The notes under the pieces were generated by a model that was given only the letters and a program-made list of their open reading frames with translations, made no database searches and was not told where the DNA came from. A DNA stretch of 64,000 bases from Bdellovibrionales bacterium (GTDB taxonomy: Bacteria > Bdellovibrionota > Bdellovibrionia > Bdellovibrionales > CAYMLA01). Shown here piece by piece: positions 39,868-50,540 of the stretch (the stretch's first letter is position 1; the number at the start of each line of letters is the position of its first letter). The stretch lies in contig OZ244239.1 in the NCBI GenBank assembly GCA_965217115.1, forward strand, positions 576,001 to 640,000. Direction: 5' to 3'. The translations under genes and the position numbers were made by a program.

Positions 39868-41028
39868 TCAAGCGAACTGCAGAGTTCCTGTGTAGTGATT
39901 CCACTGAGCATAGGCAAGTTTGTACTCACTCTTCGCCTCTTTAAGCTTGGACTTCATCAAGGCAATACGTTCACGACCTTGCTCTGTCTTTAATTTTTTT
40001 AAACTCTGATACTCTTCTCTATACTTGCTCTTAACTTTTTGCCAATCTATATAGGCTCTCTCTACTCTTTCCTTCATTTGCTCAACAATCTCATCCATAT
40101 CAAAATTTTCTATTTTACTCTCTAATTTCTTCTTCTGCATCGCCATTCTGGCTTGTAATATCTTAATCTGAGAAGTTCGTCTTAATTTCTTCGCTCCTCC
40201 TAAGAAGGCGATAAAAGCAATGAACCATTTTGTTGGATCATAATCATACCAACGAATCCCATTGCGATAATCATTGTGAAATAAATGGTGAAAATTATGA
40301 TAGCCCTCTCCATAGGTAAATAAAGCTAAGAAAGCGCTATCTTTGGATGAGTTCTCATCCGTGTAGGTTTGTTTTCCCCACCAATGACAAGCTGAATTAA
40401 TAAAAAACGTAAAATGATGAACCACAACAATCCTCAAAAACCCTGCTAAAGCAAATCCACCAAAAGCAGAACCTAGCATCCACCCAAGCAGCGTCGGCAA
40501 CACCCCACCGACGGCTAAACCAATCAAAGGATAATACTTATCTTGCCAAATAATCAGTTTATTACTCGCCAAATCTCTATTATAACGAGAAAAATCCTTG
40601 GGGTTTCCACTCTTGCAAATCCACCCCATGTGGGCATACCAAAAACCCTCTTTGATATTGTATGGGTCATCCTCGTCATCAACATAACGATGATGAATTC
40701 GATGGTCCGTACACCACTTTAAAGCCGAGTTTTGAAATGCCGCTGCACCAAAAATAAGATACAAAAACTCTATAATCGGATGAACTTCGTAACATTTATG
40801 GGAGAAGAGACGATGATAACCCGCCGTGATCGCTATCCCCGTCACAAAATAAAAGAAGACAAATAATCCAATAATACCATAATTTATTTCTTCCATAACG
40901 AAATAAGCCACCGTTACAACAACAGCCACTATTGGACAGAGCACCATAAATGAAGTATTCACCCAGTCCCACTTTGCGTTCACTCTCCAATCAGAGTTTT
41001 GTTTGATATTCTCTGGTAATCTTCCCAA
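39868..41028 (-). CDS. delta-9-type fatty acid desaturase with C-terminal coiled coil
   Basis: His boxes HRLFSH, HRIHH, HNFHH. Confidence 0.93.
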   Translation of the reverse strand: MGRLPENIKQNSDWRVNAKWDWVNTSFMVLCPIVAVVVTVAYFVMEEINYGIIGLFVFFYFVTGIAITAGYHRLFSHKCYEVHPIIEFLYLIFGAAAFQNSALKWCTDHRIHHRYVDDEDDPYNIKEGFWYAHMGWICKSGNPKDFSRYNRDLASNKLIIWQDKYYPLIGLAVGGVLPTLLGWMLGSAFGGFALAGFLRIVVVHHFTFFINSACHWWGKQTYTDENSSKDSAFLALFTYGEGYHNFHHLFHNDYRNGIRWYDYDPTKWFIAFIAFLGGAKKLRRTSQIKILQARMAMQKKKLESKIENFDMDEIVEQMKERVERAYIDWQKVKSKYREEYQSLKKLKTEQGRERIALMKSKLKEAKSEYKLAYAQWNHYTGTLQFA

Positions 41029-41095
41029 AAAAAACTTCCTTTACTATTAAACGATAACAAGCTAATCACTTAAAAAATTTTACCTAAATCTCCAT

Positions 41096-42295
41096 TCAAG
41101 TACAAACAATACGTGTACGCACACTCACTTGCAATTTTGATATGGCCTCTCTTAACCCATTAATATCAGATTTTTCAACATCCATCACTAAATAACCAAT
41201 TTGGTCATCAGTCCCCAAGGACTGTGCGCGAATATTTGCACCCAATTCAGAAACAATACCATTAATCTCCCTTAAAACTCCAGGAACGTTTTTATGAACA
41301 TTCAACAATCGTAGAGAATCCGGCGCTTGAGGTGTTTCTATCTGAGGAAAATTCACTGCCCCGAGTGTACTTCCTCGATGTAAAAAACGCCTCAAACTCT
41401 CGGCCACTTCACGACCTATGGCTTCCTGAGCCTCTTCTGTGCTACCGCCTATGTGAGGAGTCAAAATAACGTTAGGAACACCCTGAAGTGTATTCTGAAA
41501 TTTCTCTTTATTACTCTTAGGTTCTTCTGGATAAACATCGATGGCAGCCCCCGACAAACGTCCACCCATCAAAGACTCTTTTAAGACCTCTAGATCAACC
41601 ACTGTTCCTCGGCTTGCGTTAATAAGATACGCCCCTTTTTTCATTTCTTTTAACTGATCTCTACCTATCATTCTTTTTGTTTGCGGAGTTTCAGGAACGT
41701 GTAACGTCACAAAATCAGCCTGTTGGAGAAGCTCATTCAAGCTCTCTACACACCGGGAATTTCCTAAGGGAAGTTTCTTTATCACATCATAGAACAGGAC
41801 GTTTAAGCCTAGAGATTCAGCCAAAACACTCACCTGACTCCCTATATGACCGTAGCCAACAATTCCTAAAGTTTTACCACGCACTTCTTTAGAACCATGG
41901 GCCGATTTGCTCCACTCTCCCCGATGACTCTTCATGCTCCGATCAAAGAGCTGCCTCGACAAGGCAATCATTTCTGAAATCACCAACTCAGCCACACTCC
42001 TTGTGTTGCTATAAGGTGCATTAAAAACAGGTATTCCTAAACGATTTGCTATCTTTAGATCCACCTGATTCGTCCCGATACAAAAAGTCCCCAGAGCATG
42101 GAGGTGGGGAGAGGCCTCTAACACCTTCCCTGTAACCTGAGTTTTTGAACGAATTCCTAAAACCTGAAAGCTTGAAAGTTTCTCAATTAAATTATCATCA
42201 GATAGGGCTGTCGGTAAAAGTTCCGTCTCCCAACCCCAACTCTCCATTTTCTCTTTGGCTACAGAATGGATTCCCTCCAGAAGCAGAACTTTCAA
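41096..42295 (-). CDS. serA: D-3-phosphoglycerate dehydrogenase
   Basis: FCIGTNQVD, GYGHIG, INASRG, TPHIGGSTEEAQ, ACT domain. Confidence 0.96.
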   Translation of the reverse strand: MKVLLLEGIHSVAKEKMESWGWETELLPTALSDDNLIEKLSSFQVLGIRSKTQVTGKVLEASPHLHALGTFCIGTNQVDLKIANRLGIPVFNAPYSNTRSVAELVISEMIALSRQLFDRSMKSHRGEWSKSAHGSKEVRGKTLGIVGYGHIGSQVSVLAESLGLNVLFYDVIKKLPLGNSRCVESLNELLQQADFVTLHVPETPQTKRMIGRDQLKEMKKGAYLINASRGTVVDLEVLKESLMGGRLSGAAIDVYPEEPKSNKEKFQNTLQGVPNVILTPHIGGSTEEAQEAIGREVAESLRRFLHRGSTLGAVNFPQIETPQAPDSLRLLNVHKNVPGVLREINGIVSELGANIRAQSLGTDDQIGYLVMDVEKSDINGLREAISKLQVSVRTRIVCT

Positions 42296-42401
42296 ATCAT
42301 CTCCCTTTCCATTAAAAAATTCTTCTAAAAATTAGCAAAGTCCATGGAAATAAGTTAGCATTAATTCTTTATTTGTAACCATTTATTTTTCCGAGGTTTT
42401 T

Positions 42402-43748
42402 TTGGCCTTTAATCTACTCATTGTAGATGATGATCCTCTTGTGCAACAATCCATAGATATGATTGTCAAAGACCCGTGGAAGTTCCATGGGGCCTCCTGT
42501 TTAAAATCTATTCCTTCAGGAACCACTCTTCACGCCGCCTTTGTCGATATGCACTTGAGTGATGATCTGGAACAAACGGAGGGCCTACAAGTCCTATCTG
42601 CTTTGAGAAAAACCCACCCTCATATAGAGCTTATTGCCATCTCTGGAGATCTTAATCAAAAGCTCATGGAAAACGGATTAAAATGCGGTGCTTCTAAATT
42701 TCTGGCAAAACCCCTCAGCCCAGAAGAAGTTCTTCTCACATTAGAAAAAATCGAAGCTCATTATTTGCTGCAAAACACCATTTCGCAGAATTTTCTTCAT
42801 TATAAACACTCACACGCTGTGTGGATTGGCTCCAGTGCTTCTTCGCTGAAAATTCGCCATCAAGTGTCACAACTCAAGGGAGAGACAGCGCCCATTCTTA
42901 TTCACGGAGAAACAGGAACTGGTAAAGAAGTTGTCTCACAAATGTTAGGCACTCAAGAGTCAGGACCTTTTATTCAAGTTAATATCGCCTCCTTGCCAGA
43001 GAACCTTTTTGAAAGTGAGATCTTTGGCCATATCAAGGGATCATTTACTGGTGCCAATCAAAATAAAATTGGCCTTGCCGAAGCCGCTCACAACGGAACT
43101 TTACTTCTTGATGAGATCGAAGCCCTGCCGACACATCTGCAAGTAAAACTTCTACGCTTTCTCGAATCAGGTGAAATAAAAAGAATTGGTAGCACCACTG
43201 CAATACATCTCAACGTGCGAGTGATTACCACCACCAACGAAAATTTAGACAGCAAGGTCAGTGATGGAAGCTTCCGCGAAGACCTCCTGTGGAGAATAAA
43301 AAGTCATCTCATAGAACTCCCACCATTGAGAGATAGAAAAGAAGATATCAAGGAGCTTGCCCAATATTTTCTCAAAAAAGAACGGCCCCATCGCAATAAG
43401 AGCTTCACCGAAGAAGGTATTGAGTCTCTACAAGATCACCCGTGGCCAGGGAATGTTCGCGAACTCAAGCGCGTCTGTGAACAACTCAGTCTCCACTCAC
43501 CTCTACCCATTATACGAGAAGAAGATATTAAGCATCTTTTACAACCTTCTCCTAATCATCAAGACCTTCCTAAATGGGAACAACTGGATTTCAGCAAAGG
43601 CCTTTCCCATTTAGTCAATCAATACGAAGCAAAACTGATTAGAATTACGATGCAACAAGATAAAAACATCGATAATGTCACTAAAAAATTGCAAATCTCC
43701 CGCTCTAGCCTTTATAAAAAGTTAAAGGATTATGATATTAGTAAATAA
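42402..43748 (+). CDS. sigma54-dependent response regulator (REC-AAA-Fis HTH)
   Basis: GETGTGKE, ESEIFGH, GSFTGA, LLDEI, WPGNVREL, SRSSLYKKL. Confidence 0.93.
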   Translation: MAFNLLIVDDDPLVQQSIDMIVKDPWKFHGASCLKSIPSGTTLHAAFVDMHLSDDLEQTEGLQVLSALRKTHPHIELIAISGDLNQKLMENGLKCGASKFLAKPLSPEEVLLTLEKIEAHYLLQNTISQNFLHYKHSHAVWIGSSASSLKIRHQVSQLKGETAPILIHGETGTGKEVVSQMLGTQESGPFIQVNIASLPENLFESEIFGHIKGSFTGANQNKIGLAEAAHNGTLLLDEIEALPTHLQVKLLRFLESGEIKRIGSTTAIHLNVRVITTTNENLDSKVSDGSFREDLLWRIKSHLIELPPLRDRKEDIKELAQYFLKKERPHRNKSFTEEGIESLQDHPWPGNVRELKRVCEQLSLHSPLPIIREEDIKHLLQPSPNHQDLPKWEQLDFSKGLSHLVNQYEAKLIRITMQQDKNIDNVTKKLQISRSSLYKKLKDYDISK

Positions 43749-43762
43749 CTAAGGTAATAATT

Positions 43763-44695
43763 ATGATGACTGAATTTATTTCGCAAAGCTTTTGGCAAGA
43801 CCCGCTCTACAGACAGATTTTTATCATTGCTCTCTCATCTTTATTTATTACTAGTGTCCCTGTTTATTTTTTTCGGCAAAGAAATCACTATTTAAAAATG
43901 GCTTGGTGGAGTGTCAAGAGTTGGCTCTTAGCCGCGCCTATTATGTTATTTGTTTTAGGCGCTCCTAAACCATGGCCCCTTGTTTTTCTCACTATCACTG
44001 CCATCTTTGGAACTAAAGCATTCTTTAAAATTATGGGCATCTATCACAAAACACCTTTTGTGATCACTTCTTATTTAGGTATTATTGCCCTTGCATTCGC
44101 CACTCATTTCGAGCGCACGGACCTTTATAATCTTATACCTATGGTTGTACTCGGAGTTTTATGTTTCATTCCTATTTTTCTTAATTCCTATAAAAGCATG
44201 GTTCAATATATAGCTCTGACACTCATGGCATTTATCTTTCTGGGTTGGTCCTTTATGCACTTGGGACTTATTCTTAATTTAGAGAATGGTCTTTATCAGC
44301 TACTCTATCTTATTCTTCTCACTGAATTCTGTGACAATACAAACCTGGCGATGGCACGTTATTTCTCTAAACCTAAGCGTCTTGATCAAGTCATGATTAG
44401 AAGGACCTACGGTAGCACTCTCTTTTCAGCCGTTCTCACCTTGGCATTGGCCTTTGCCATGCGACATCTTCTCCCTGTTAGTTCAGAAATCTTCTGGCTT
44501 ACGGCCGGGCTTGTCTCTTCTCTTGCTGGTAGTTTTGGGGATATTATTTTAAACGTTGTTCGACGTGACATTGGTATCAAAGTCGTTGGAGCCTTTGTTC
44601 TCGGTCGAGGAGATTTTTTAAGCCGCATTGACCGTCTTATTTTCGTTGCACCTATTTATTATTATCTCATGATCTATCTCCATAAAATAATTTAA
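43763..44695 (+). CDS. phosphatidate cytidylyltransferase family membrane protein
   Basis: polytopic; GDIILNVVRRDIGIK...GRGDFLSRIDRL resembles the CTP_transf_1 signature. Confidence 0.8.
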   Translation: MMTEFISQSFWQDPLYRQIFIIALSSLFITSVPVYFFRQRNHYLKMAWWSVKSWLLAAPIMLFVLGAPKPWPLVFLTITAIFGTKAFFKIMGIYHKTPFVITSYLGIIALAFATHFERTDLYNLIPMVVLGVLCFIPIFLNSYKSMVQYIALTLMAFIFLGWSFMHLGLILNLENGLYQLLYLILLTEFCDNTNLAMARYFSKPKRLDQVMIRRTYGSTLFSAVLTLALAFAMRHLLPVSSEIFWLTAGLVSSLAGSFGDIILNVVRRDIGIKVVGAFVLGRGDFLSRIDRLIFVAPIYYYLMIYLHKII

Positions 44696-44722
44696 AGGAC
44701 TTACTTTAGAAGGACTCTAGTT

Positions 44723-45445
44723 GTGAAGAAATGGAATTATGACAATGATCAGTGGACCAAACTGCCCTCTCATCTGAAACACCTACCTTTGTTCACACGA
44801 CATATTGACCTGATGAGTATCTTTATACGCATGTGCTGGGCCTTTCTCTTGAGAGGAATTATTTTCCGTTATTTTATTCGTTTAAAAGTAATTGGTCATT
44901 ACAAAGATATATACAAATCCCATCCCCGTCTTCTTGTTATCTCTAACCATTCAAGCCATTTGGATGCGGCGGCAATCACTGCTTCTATGCCTATGAGCTA
45001 TTGGTTACATCTTTACATTGCTGCAGCTAAGGATTATTTTTTCTCTAATTTTCTTTTTACTTTTTTTTCAGCCCATTGCCTTGGGGCTATCCCCATAGAT
45101 CGTAAAGATAAAAAAGGCGAGGCAATCAAATTATGCACCTCTCTACTCAAAGACCTTGATCGTATTTGGCTTATTATTTTTCCTGAAGGAACTCGCTCAA
45201 AAGATGGTTACATCCATGATTTTAAAAAAGGTCTCTCTCTCTTCTCCAGAACAACAAACACGCCTATTTTGTTCTTGTATCTAGACGAAGCTCATAAACT
45301 TTTCCCTAAAGGACAAAGATTACCCAAACCAGGAAAACTCTCTATCCACGTAGGCCCTGTCTGTCCTCCTGGTGATATCGAAGGGATCCAGAAAGCCTAC
45401 AAGGATTGGGTCGCCACTATTAATCCACAGGCCTACAAAGAATAG
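44723..45445 (+). CDS. lysophospholipid acyltransferase (PlsC family)
   Basis: NHSSHLD, PIDR, FPEGTRS. Confidence 0.92.
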   Translation: MKKWNYDNDQWTKLPSHLKHLPLFTRHIDLMSIFIRMCWAFLLRGIIFRYFIRLKVIGHYKDIYKSHPRLLVISNHSSHLDAAAITASMPMSYWLHLYIAAAKDYFFSNFLFTFFSAHCLGAIPIDRKDKKGEAIKLCTSLLKDLDRIWLIIFPEGTRSKDGYIHDFKKGLSLFSRTTNTPILFLYLDEAHKLFPKGQRLPKPGKLSIHVGPVCPPGDIEGIQKAYKDWVATINPQAYKE

Positions 45446-45566
45446 TCTCTCTTATCTCAATGGAGTACCTACATACTCAGTTCTGCTTAAAAGCTTCCAT
45501 TTAAAGAGATAATTCAATAAACCTTACTGACAGCAGAGTTGTATCTGTGGTAGTTTCTGCGACGAT

Positions 45567-47381
45567 ATGGACGGAAAAATCATTCCTAATAATTTTGTCA
45601 TTGATATAGCTACTACCAACGGAAGTGGTAGCCAATCGTCGAATAATATTCTTGTGAAAAGTCTCTTTCGTATGGGTCTGCCAGTGGGAGGGAAGAATCT
45701 ATTTCCTTCTAATATCCAAGGGCTTCCCACTTGGTTCACCATCAGAGTCAGTGACAAAGGGTACACTGGCCACTCTCTAGCCATTGATATGAAAATAGCT
45801 ATGAATGCCACCACCATTTACAAAGACATTCAAACCGTTAAACCCAAGGGGGTTTTTCTTTACAACAAAGACCTGAAGTTCGACGATAGCCAACTCAGAG
45901 ATGACACCATCAATATTGGTCTGCCCTTCCGAAAAATCGTCTCAGATGTCACAAAATCCATTCAACTTAAGAAGCTACTGACAAATATGGTTTATGTAGG
46001 AGCCTTAGGACAACTGCTCAAAATGGATTTAGATATTCTATGCAAAACTGTTTCCGATCAATTCGCTGGTAAGACCGATGTGATTAAAATCAATATCAAT
46101 GCACTCAAGGCTGGTTGGGATTACACCAAAAATCATGTTACCTTTGACATTCCCTACAAAATTACGCCTCTAAAGAACACTCAATTAAATGCAGGGAAAA
46201 TTCTTATCGATGGCAACACGGCGGCTGGATTGGGACTGACCTATGCTGGTTGTACTTTTGCCGCTTGGTATCCTATCACCCCGAGCAGTTCTCTGATGGA
46301 AAGTTTTTCCAATTATGCAAGTGACCTGCGCTTAGACAGTGAAGGTAAAAAGAACTTTGCTATTGTTCAAGCTGAAGACGAACTGGCTTCCATCGCTATG
46401 GTCGCAGGGGCTGGTTGGGCTGGAGCCAGAGCCGTGACGGCGACATCTGGTCCTGGATTAAGTTTGATGGCTGAGACAGCGGGGCTCTGCTATTTTGCCG
46501 AGATTCCCGCAGTGATATGGGATGTGCAACGGGCTGGCCCATCCACAGGACTGCCTACGCGAACAATGCAATGTGATGTTTCTTCGGCCGTAACACTCTC
46601 CCATGGAGACACCAAACATCCTGTCATTATTCCTGGAACTCCCACTGAATGTTTTGAATTTGCTCAAACAAGCCTTGATTTAGCTGAAAGACTACAAACT
46701 CTTATCATCGTTCTCTCCGATCTCGATTTAGGAATGAATTTACATATCACCCATGATTTTGATTTTCCTAAAAATCCAATGGATCGAGGAAAGGTTTTAA
46801 AAAAAGAAGATTTAGATAATATGACTGAGTTTGCACGTTACCGCGATCTTGACGGAGACGGTATAGCTCACCGAACACTCCCTGGGACTGAGAATGATCT
46901 TGCTGCCTATTTCACCCGTGGAACAGGACATGATGAATTCAGTAAATACACCGAAGACAGCACAATCTTTCAAAACACTCTAGACCGCTTGGCTCTTAAA
47001 TGGCAGACAGCCAAAAGCATTATGCCTAAGCCTGTGATTGACGACGAAGAAAATGAAGTTGGTCTTATTGCCTATGGATCTTCTGGCTCTGTTATGACAG
47101 AAACACGGGATCTCTTAAAACAAAATAACAACCTGTCTACGGACTACCTAAGATTGCGAGCCATTCCATTTAGCAATGAAGTCCATGAGTTTATCAAATC
47201 ACACAAAACTCTCATTGTTATCGATCAAAATCGTAACGGTCAAATGCGTAACCTCCTACAACTCGCCTACCCTGATTCTGCGAATAAACTTTTGTCTATT
47301 TGTCACTATGATGGCTTAATGCTAGATGCTGATTTTCTTGTTCACAACATCTCACTTATTAATCAGAAATTAGAGGTTTAG
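45567..47381 (+). CDS. 2-oxoacid:ferredoxin oxidoreductase alpha subunit
   Basis: YPITP, QAEDEL, TSGPG, QRAGPSTGLPT. Confidence 0.95.
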   Translation: MDGKIIPNNFVIDIATTNGSGSQSSNNILVKSLFRMGLPVGGKNLFPSNIQGLPTWFTIRVSDKGYTGHSLAIDMKIAMNATTIYKDIQTVKPKGVFLYNKDLKFDDSQLRDDTINIGLPFRKIVSDVTKSIQLKKLLTNMVYVGALGQLLKMDLDILCKTVSDQFAGKTDVIKININALKAGWDYTKNHVTFDIPYKITPLKNTQLNAGKILIDGNTAAGLGLTYAGCTFAAWYPITPSSSLMESFSNYASDLRLDSEGKKNFAIVQAEDELASIAMVAGAGWAGARAVTATSGPGLSLMAETAGLCYFAEIPAVIWDVQRAGPSTGLPTRTMQCDVSSAVTLSHGDTKHPVIIPGTPTECFEFAQTSLDLAERLQTLIIVLSDLDLGMNLHITHDFDFPKNPMDRGKVLKKEDLDNMTEFARYRDLDGDGIAHRTLPGTENDLAAYFTRGTGHDEFSKYTEDSTIFQNTLDRLALKWQTAKSIMPKPVIDDEENEVGLIAYGSSGSVMTETRDLLKQNNNLSTDYLRLRAIPFSNEVHEFIKSHKTLIVIDQNRNGQMRNLLQLAYPDSANKLLSICHYDGLMLDADFLVHNISLINQKLEV

Positions 47382-47385
47382 AAAA

Positions 47386-48399
47386 ATGACGACGTCGGGT
47401 TATACTAAGGAAGATTATAAAGGTGGTAAGTCAACTCTTTGTACTGGCTGTGGACATGACAGTATTACCACGCAGATTATTAATGCTTATTCTAAATCAG
47501 ATATTAATCCTTATATGGTTGCAAAAGTCTCAGGAATTGGTTGTTCCTCTAAAACTCCCGCTTATTTTCTAAAAAAATCCCATGGCTTTAACTCTCTCCA
47601 TGGACGTATGGCCCCTGTTGCTACAGGTGCCAAACTCGCCAATCATCAGCTTCAGATACTTGGAATCTCTGGAGATGGAGACACGGCCAGTATTGGCGTG
47701 GGCGGCTTTACTCATATCATACGCCGTAATCTACCTATGGTTTATATTATTGAAAATAACGGGGTTTATGGTCTTACAAAAGGACAATTCTCTGCCACTG
47801 CTGATAAATCTTCCACGCTGAAAGCAGGAGACTTAAATCCATTTGCAAATATTGATCTATGCACGTTAGCACTTAATCTTGGAGCCACTTTTGTTGGACG
47901 ATCTTTTTCGGGTGACTCCAAGCAACTTGTTCCCATGATTCAAGCGGCAATTGCCCATAAAGGAACGGCCATTCTTGATATCATTTCGCCTTGCGTGACT
48001 TTCAACAATCACAAAGGCAGCACCAAAAGCTACGACTTCATCAAAGAGACCACAACAGCCTTTCAACAACTGGGATTTGTACCCTCCTTTGAAGAAAAAT
48101 CTGTGGATTACAAAGAAGGCTCCACTCAAGAAGTGGAAATGCACGATGGTTCTACACTCACTCTACGCAAGCTGATGACAGAAGAACTTGATCTACAAAA
48201 ACCGTTGTCAGCCCTCAAATTGATTGAACAATATAAATCTCAGGGACAGATCCTCACCGGAGTATTTCATATCAATACAAATAAGAAAGATCTTATCGCT
48301 ATTTTTGATTTAACGAACAGGCCTTTAGTTAGTCTTGAACAAAAGGATTTACAGCCTACCGAAGAGAGTTTGCAAAAAATTTTGACAGTTTTCCGTTAA
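47386..48399 (+). CDS. 2-oxoacid:ferredoxin oxidoreductase beta subunit
   Basis: CTGCG, SGIGCSS, GDGD, YGLTKGQ, SPCVTF. Confidence 0.95.
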   Translation: MTTSGYTKEDYKGGKSTLCTGCGHDSITTQIINAYSKSDINPYMVAKVSGIGCSSKTPAYFLKKSHGFNSLHGRMAPVATGAKLANHQLQILGISGDGDTASIGVGGFTHIIRRNLPMVYIIENNGVYGLTKGQFSATADKSSTLKAGDLNPFANIDLCTLALNLGATFVGRSFSGDSKQLVPMIQAAIAHKGTAILDIISPCVTFNNHKGSTKSYDFIKETTTAFQQLGFVPSFEEKSVDYKEGSTQEVEMHDGSTLTLRKLMTEELDLQKPLSALKLIEQYKSQGQILTGVFHINTNKKDLIAIFDLTNRPLVSLEQKDLQPTEESLQKILTVFR

Positions 48400-48645
48400 T
48401 TCCAATAGAATAATATTGCTTTATAATCAAAAGCTAATAGCGTCTCTTTTCCCTCGGCGGTGCAACTCTTTTAGCAAAAGAATTCTAGCCGTTGGTCTAG
48501 CTTGAAAACTTTGATATTCTTAAAAAAATCGCTTACTCTTTATACAGAGAAATGGGTTGGTCGGTTTTTGTAAGTTCTAACTCTCTCTCTCACATAGGAG
48601 TTGAGTTATTTTCGCAAGTTAGACGTATCTTAAAAAAGGAAAAAC

Positions 48646-48660
48646 TGGCCCATATCTTGC
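48646..48660 (+). promoter_or_regulatory. sigma54 -24/-12 promoter candidate
   Basis: TGGCCCATATCTTGC. Confidence 0.6.
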
Positions 48661-48740
48661 CTTAGTTATAAGATTGAAAGCCGTATACTGAGTACAAATT
48701 CAAATTGGAAAATTATTTAACCTTTTAGGAGGAAAACACA

Positions 48741-49796
48741 ATGAAACAGACCAACTATTACCTTTTTGCCTTTTCTATCATTTTTGTGGCTGTACTTTCT
48801 GGCTGTGGCGCTAAGTTTAAATTTGACGGCATCCCAAATAAGAAAAAACCTGATCCTATAAAAAAAATCACTGAATCCGTTCAAGTCACTTCCACTCAGA
48901 AGGTTGTTGATATTTTAGTTATTACTGACGACTCTTTTTCTATGGAGTCGGAGCAAGAGAGACTGTCTGAACGTTTTTCAAGTTTTATTCAAGATCTCTC
49001 TGCAGTTGATTGGCAAATGGGTATCACAACGACTGATATCGACAGTGGTGGCCTTCAGGGAGAACTCTCTAATTTTTCTGATACTTCCCTTAAAATAATT
49101 AATGCCGCCACACCTAATGCTGAGCAACTATTTAAAGATACCGTACAGAGAGAAGAATTTGGAAGTTCTGATGAGCAACCCTTGGCTGCAGCTATAAAAG
49201 CTATGGAGAAGAGAGATTCTGTGAACCAAGGATTCTTTCGCGATGATGCTAATTTAGCTATTGTGGTGCTCACTGATGAAGACGAACTGAGTGATGGCCC
49301 TAGGGGAGCAACACAACCCCAGGCTGTTATTGATAAATTCTCTAGCATCTGGGGAGGAGCCGAAAAACAGTTAAGAGTTTATGGGCTTATTATAGAGCCT
49401 GGTGATACAGCTTGTTATGACTATCAAAATGAACACGGCGGATGGGGCGCTACTTCCTATGGAACTTTTGTCGCCAACTTGGCTAGCGCAACTGGTGGCC
49501 TAACGGGAAGTATCTGCCAATCTGATTATAGTTCGACATTACAGACCATAGGACAAAATATCGACGAATTATTTAGAAGCTACACTCTGTCTGATACTCC
49601 GAAACCTGGGTCTCTAGAAATAAGAATGATTCCTAGACGGAATATCCCATGGACTATTTCAGATAAACTCGTCACATTTGACTCAGTCGTCCCAGCAGGA
49701 ACAGAAATTCGGTTTACCTACGAGAAAAAATTGACTGATCCTGACACTGATCCTGACAATGATCCTACTCCCGACGACGATGACGACGATAATTAG
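48741..49796 (+). CDS. vWA-like lipoprotein with acidic Pro/Asp tail
   Basis: lipobox LSGC; DILVITDDSFSM (MIDAS DxSxS), VLTDEDE. Confidence 0.85.
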   Translation: MKQTNYYLFAFSIIFVAVLSGCGAKFKFDGIPNKKKPDPIKKITESVQVTSTQKVVDILVITDDSFSMESEQERLSERFSSFIQDLSAVDWQMGITTTDIDSGGLQGELSNFSDTSLKIINAATPNAEQLFKDTVQREEFGSSDEQPLAAAIKAMEKRDSVNQGFFRDDANLAIVVLTDEDELSDGPRGATQPQAVIDKFSSIWGGAEKQLRVYGLIIEPGDTACYDYQNEHGGWGATSYGTFVANLASATGGLTGSICQSDYSSTLQTIGQNIDELFRSYTLSDTPKPGSLEIRMIPRRNIPWTISDKLVTFDSVVPAGTEIRFTYEKKLTDPDTDPDNDPTPDDDDDDN

Positions 49797-49863
49797 GCCT
49801 CTTTTCGCCAACTAGGGATTTCCCATTGAAATCCCGCTCTTTTCTGATAAGAATAGCGTGCAT

Positions 49864-49940
49864 GGTGGTGTAGCTCAGCTGGATAGAGCAACAGCCTTCT
49901 AAGCTGTAGGTCGAAGGTTCGAATCCTTCCACCATCACCA
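49864..49940 (+). tRNA. tRNA-Arg (TCT)
   Basis: GGTGGTG/CACCATC stem, ACAGC-CTTCTAA-GCTGT arm, GGTTCGAATCC, encoded CCA. Confidence 0.97.
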
Positions 49941-49992
49941 TCACCGCTCCTGGCGATAAATCGTATAATGGATGAATACAGAGGGTTTTAAA

Positions 49993-50523
49993 ATGATTCG
50001 TATCGAACAAATACATCATGTTGCCTACAGGTGTAGAGACGCCAAAGAGACTGTCGAGTTTTACCGAAAACACCTTAATATGGACTTACTGGTTTGTATT
50101 GCCGAAGACGAAGTCCCCTCTACCAAAGAGCCAAATCCTTATATGCATGTTTTTTTAGATGCTGGTAAAGGTAATATCCTCGCTTTTTTTGAAATTACTG
50201 GTGAAAAAGATATGAGCCGAGATCTTAATACACCTAAGTGGGTTCAACACATTGCTTTTCAAGTCGCCGACCAAAAAGCTCTTATAGAAGCCAAAAAAGA
50301 GCTCGAACAAAAAAATCTCGATATCCTCGGTATCACTGAACATGGCATCATTGAGTCTATCTATTTTTTTGACCCTAACGGACACCGTATCGAATTGACT
50401 TGTGTTACTGGTACACCTGAACAGATGGGAAAATTAAAAGATGCCGCCCCCGAAATGTTAGAGGAGTGGAGTAAAACTAAGACGCCCCCACGGCAAGCTT
50501 CATGGCTACATGAAAAAAAATGA
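49993..50523 (+). CDS. VOC/glyoxalase family protein
   Basis: IHHVAY, QHIAF, SIYFFDPNGHRIEL. Confidence 0.92.
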   Translation: MIRIEQIHHVAYRCRDAKETVEFYRKHLNMDLLVCIAEDEVPSTKEPNPYMHVFLDAGKGNILAFFEITGEKDMSRDLNTPKWVQHIAFQVADQKALIEAKKELEQKNLDILGITEHGIIESIYFFDPNGHRIELTCVTGTPEQMGKLKDAAPEMLEEWSKTKTPPRQASWLHEKK

Positions 50524-50540
50524 TGGAAAGAATATCCCTC

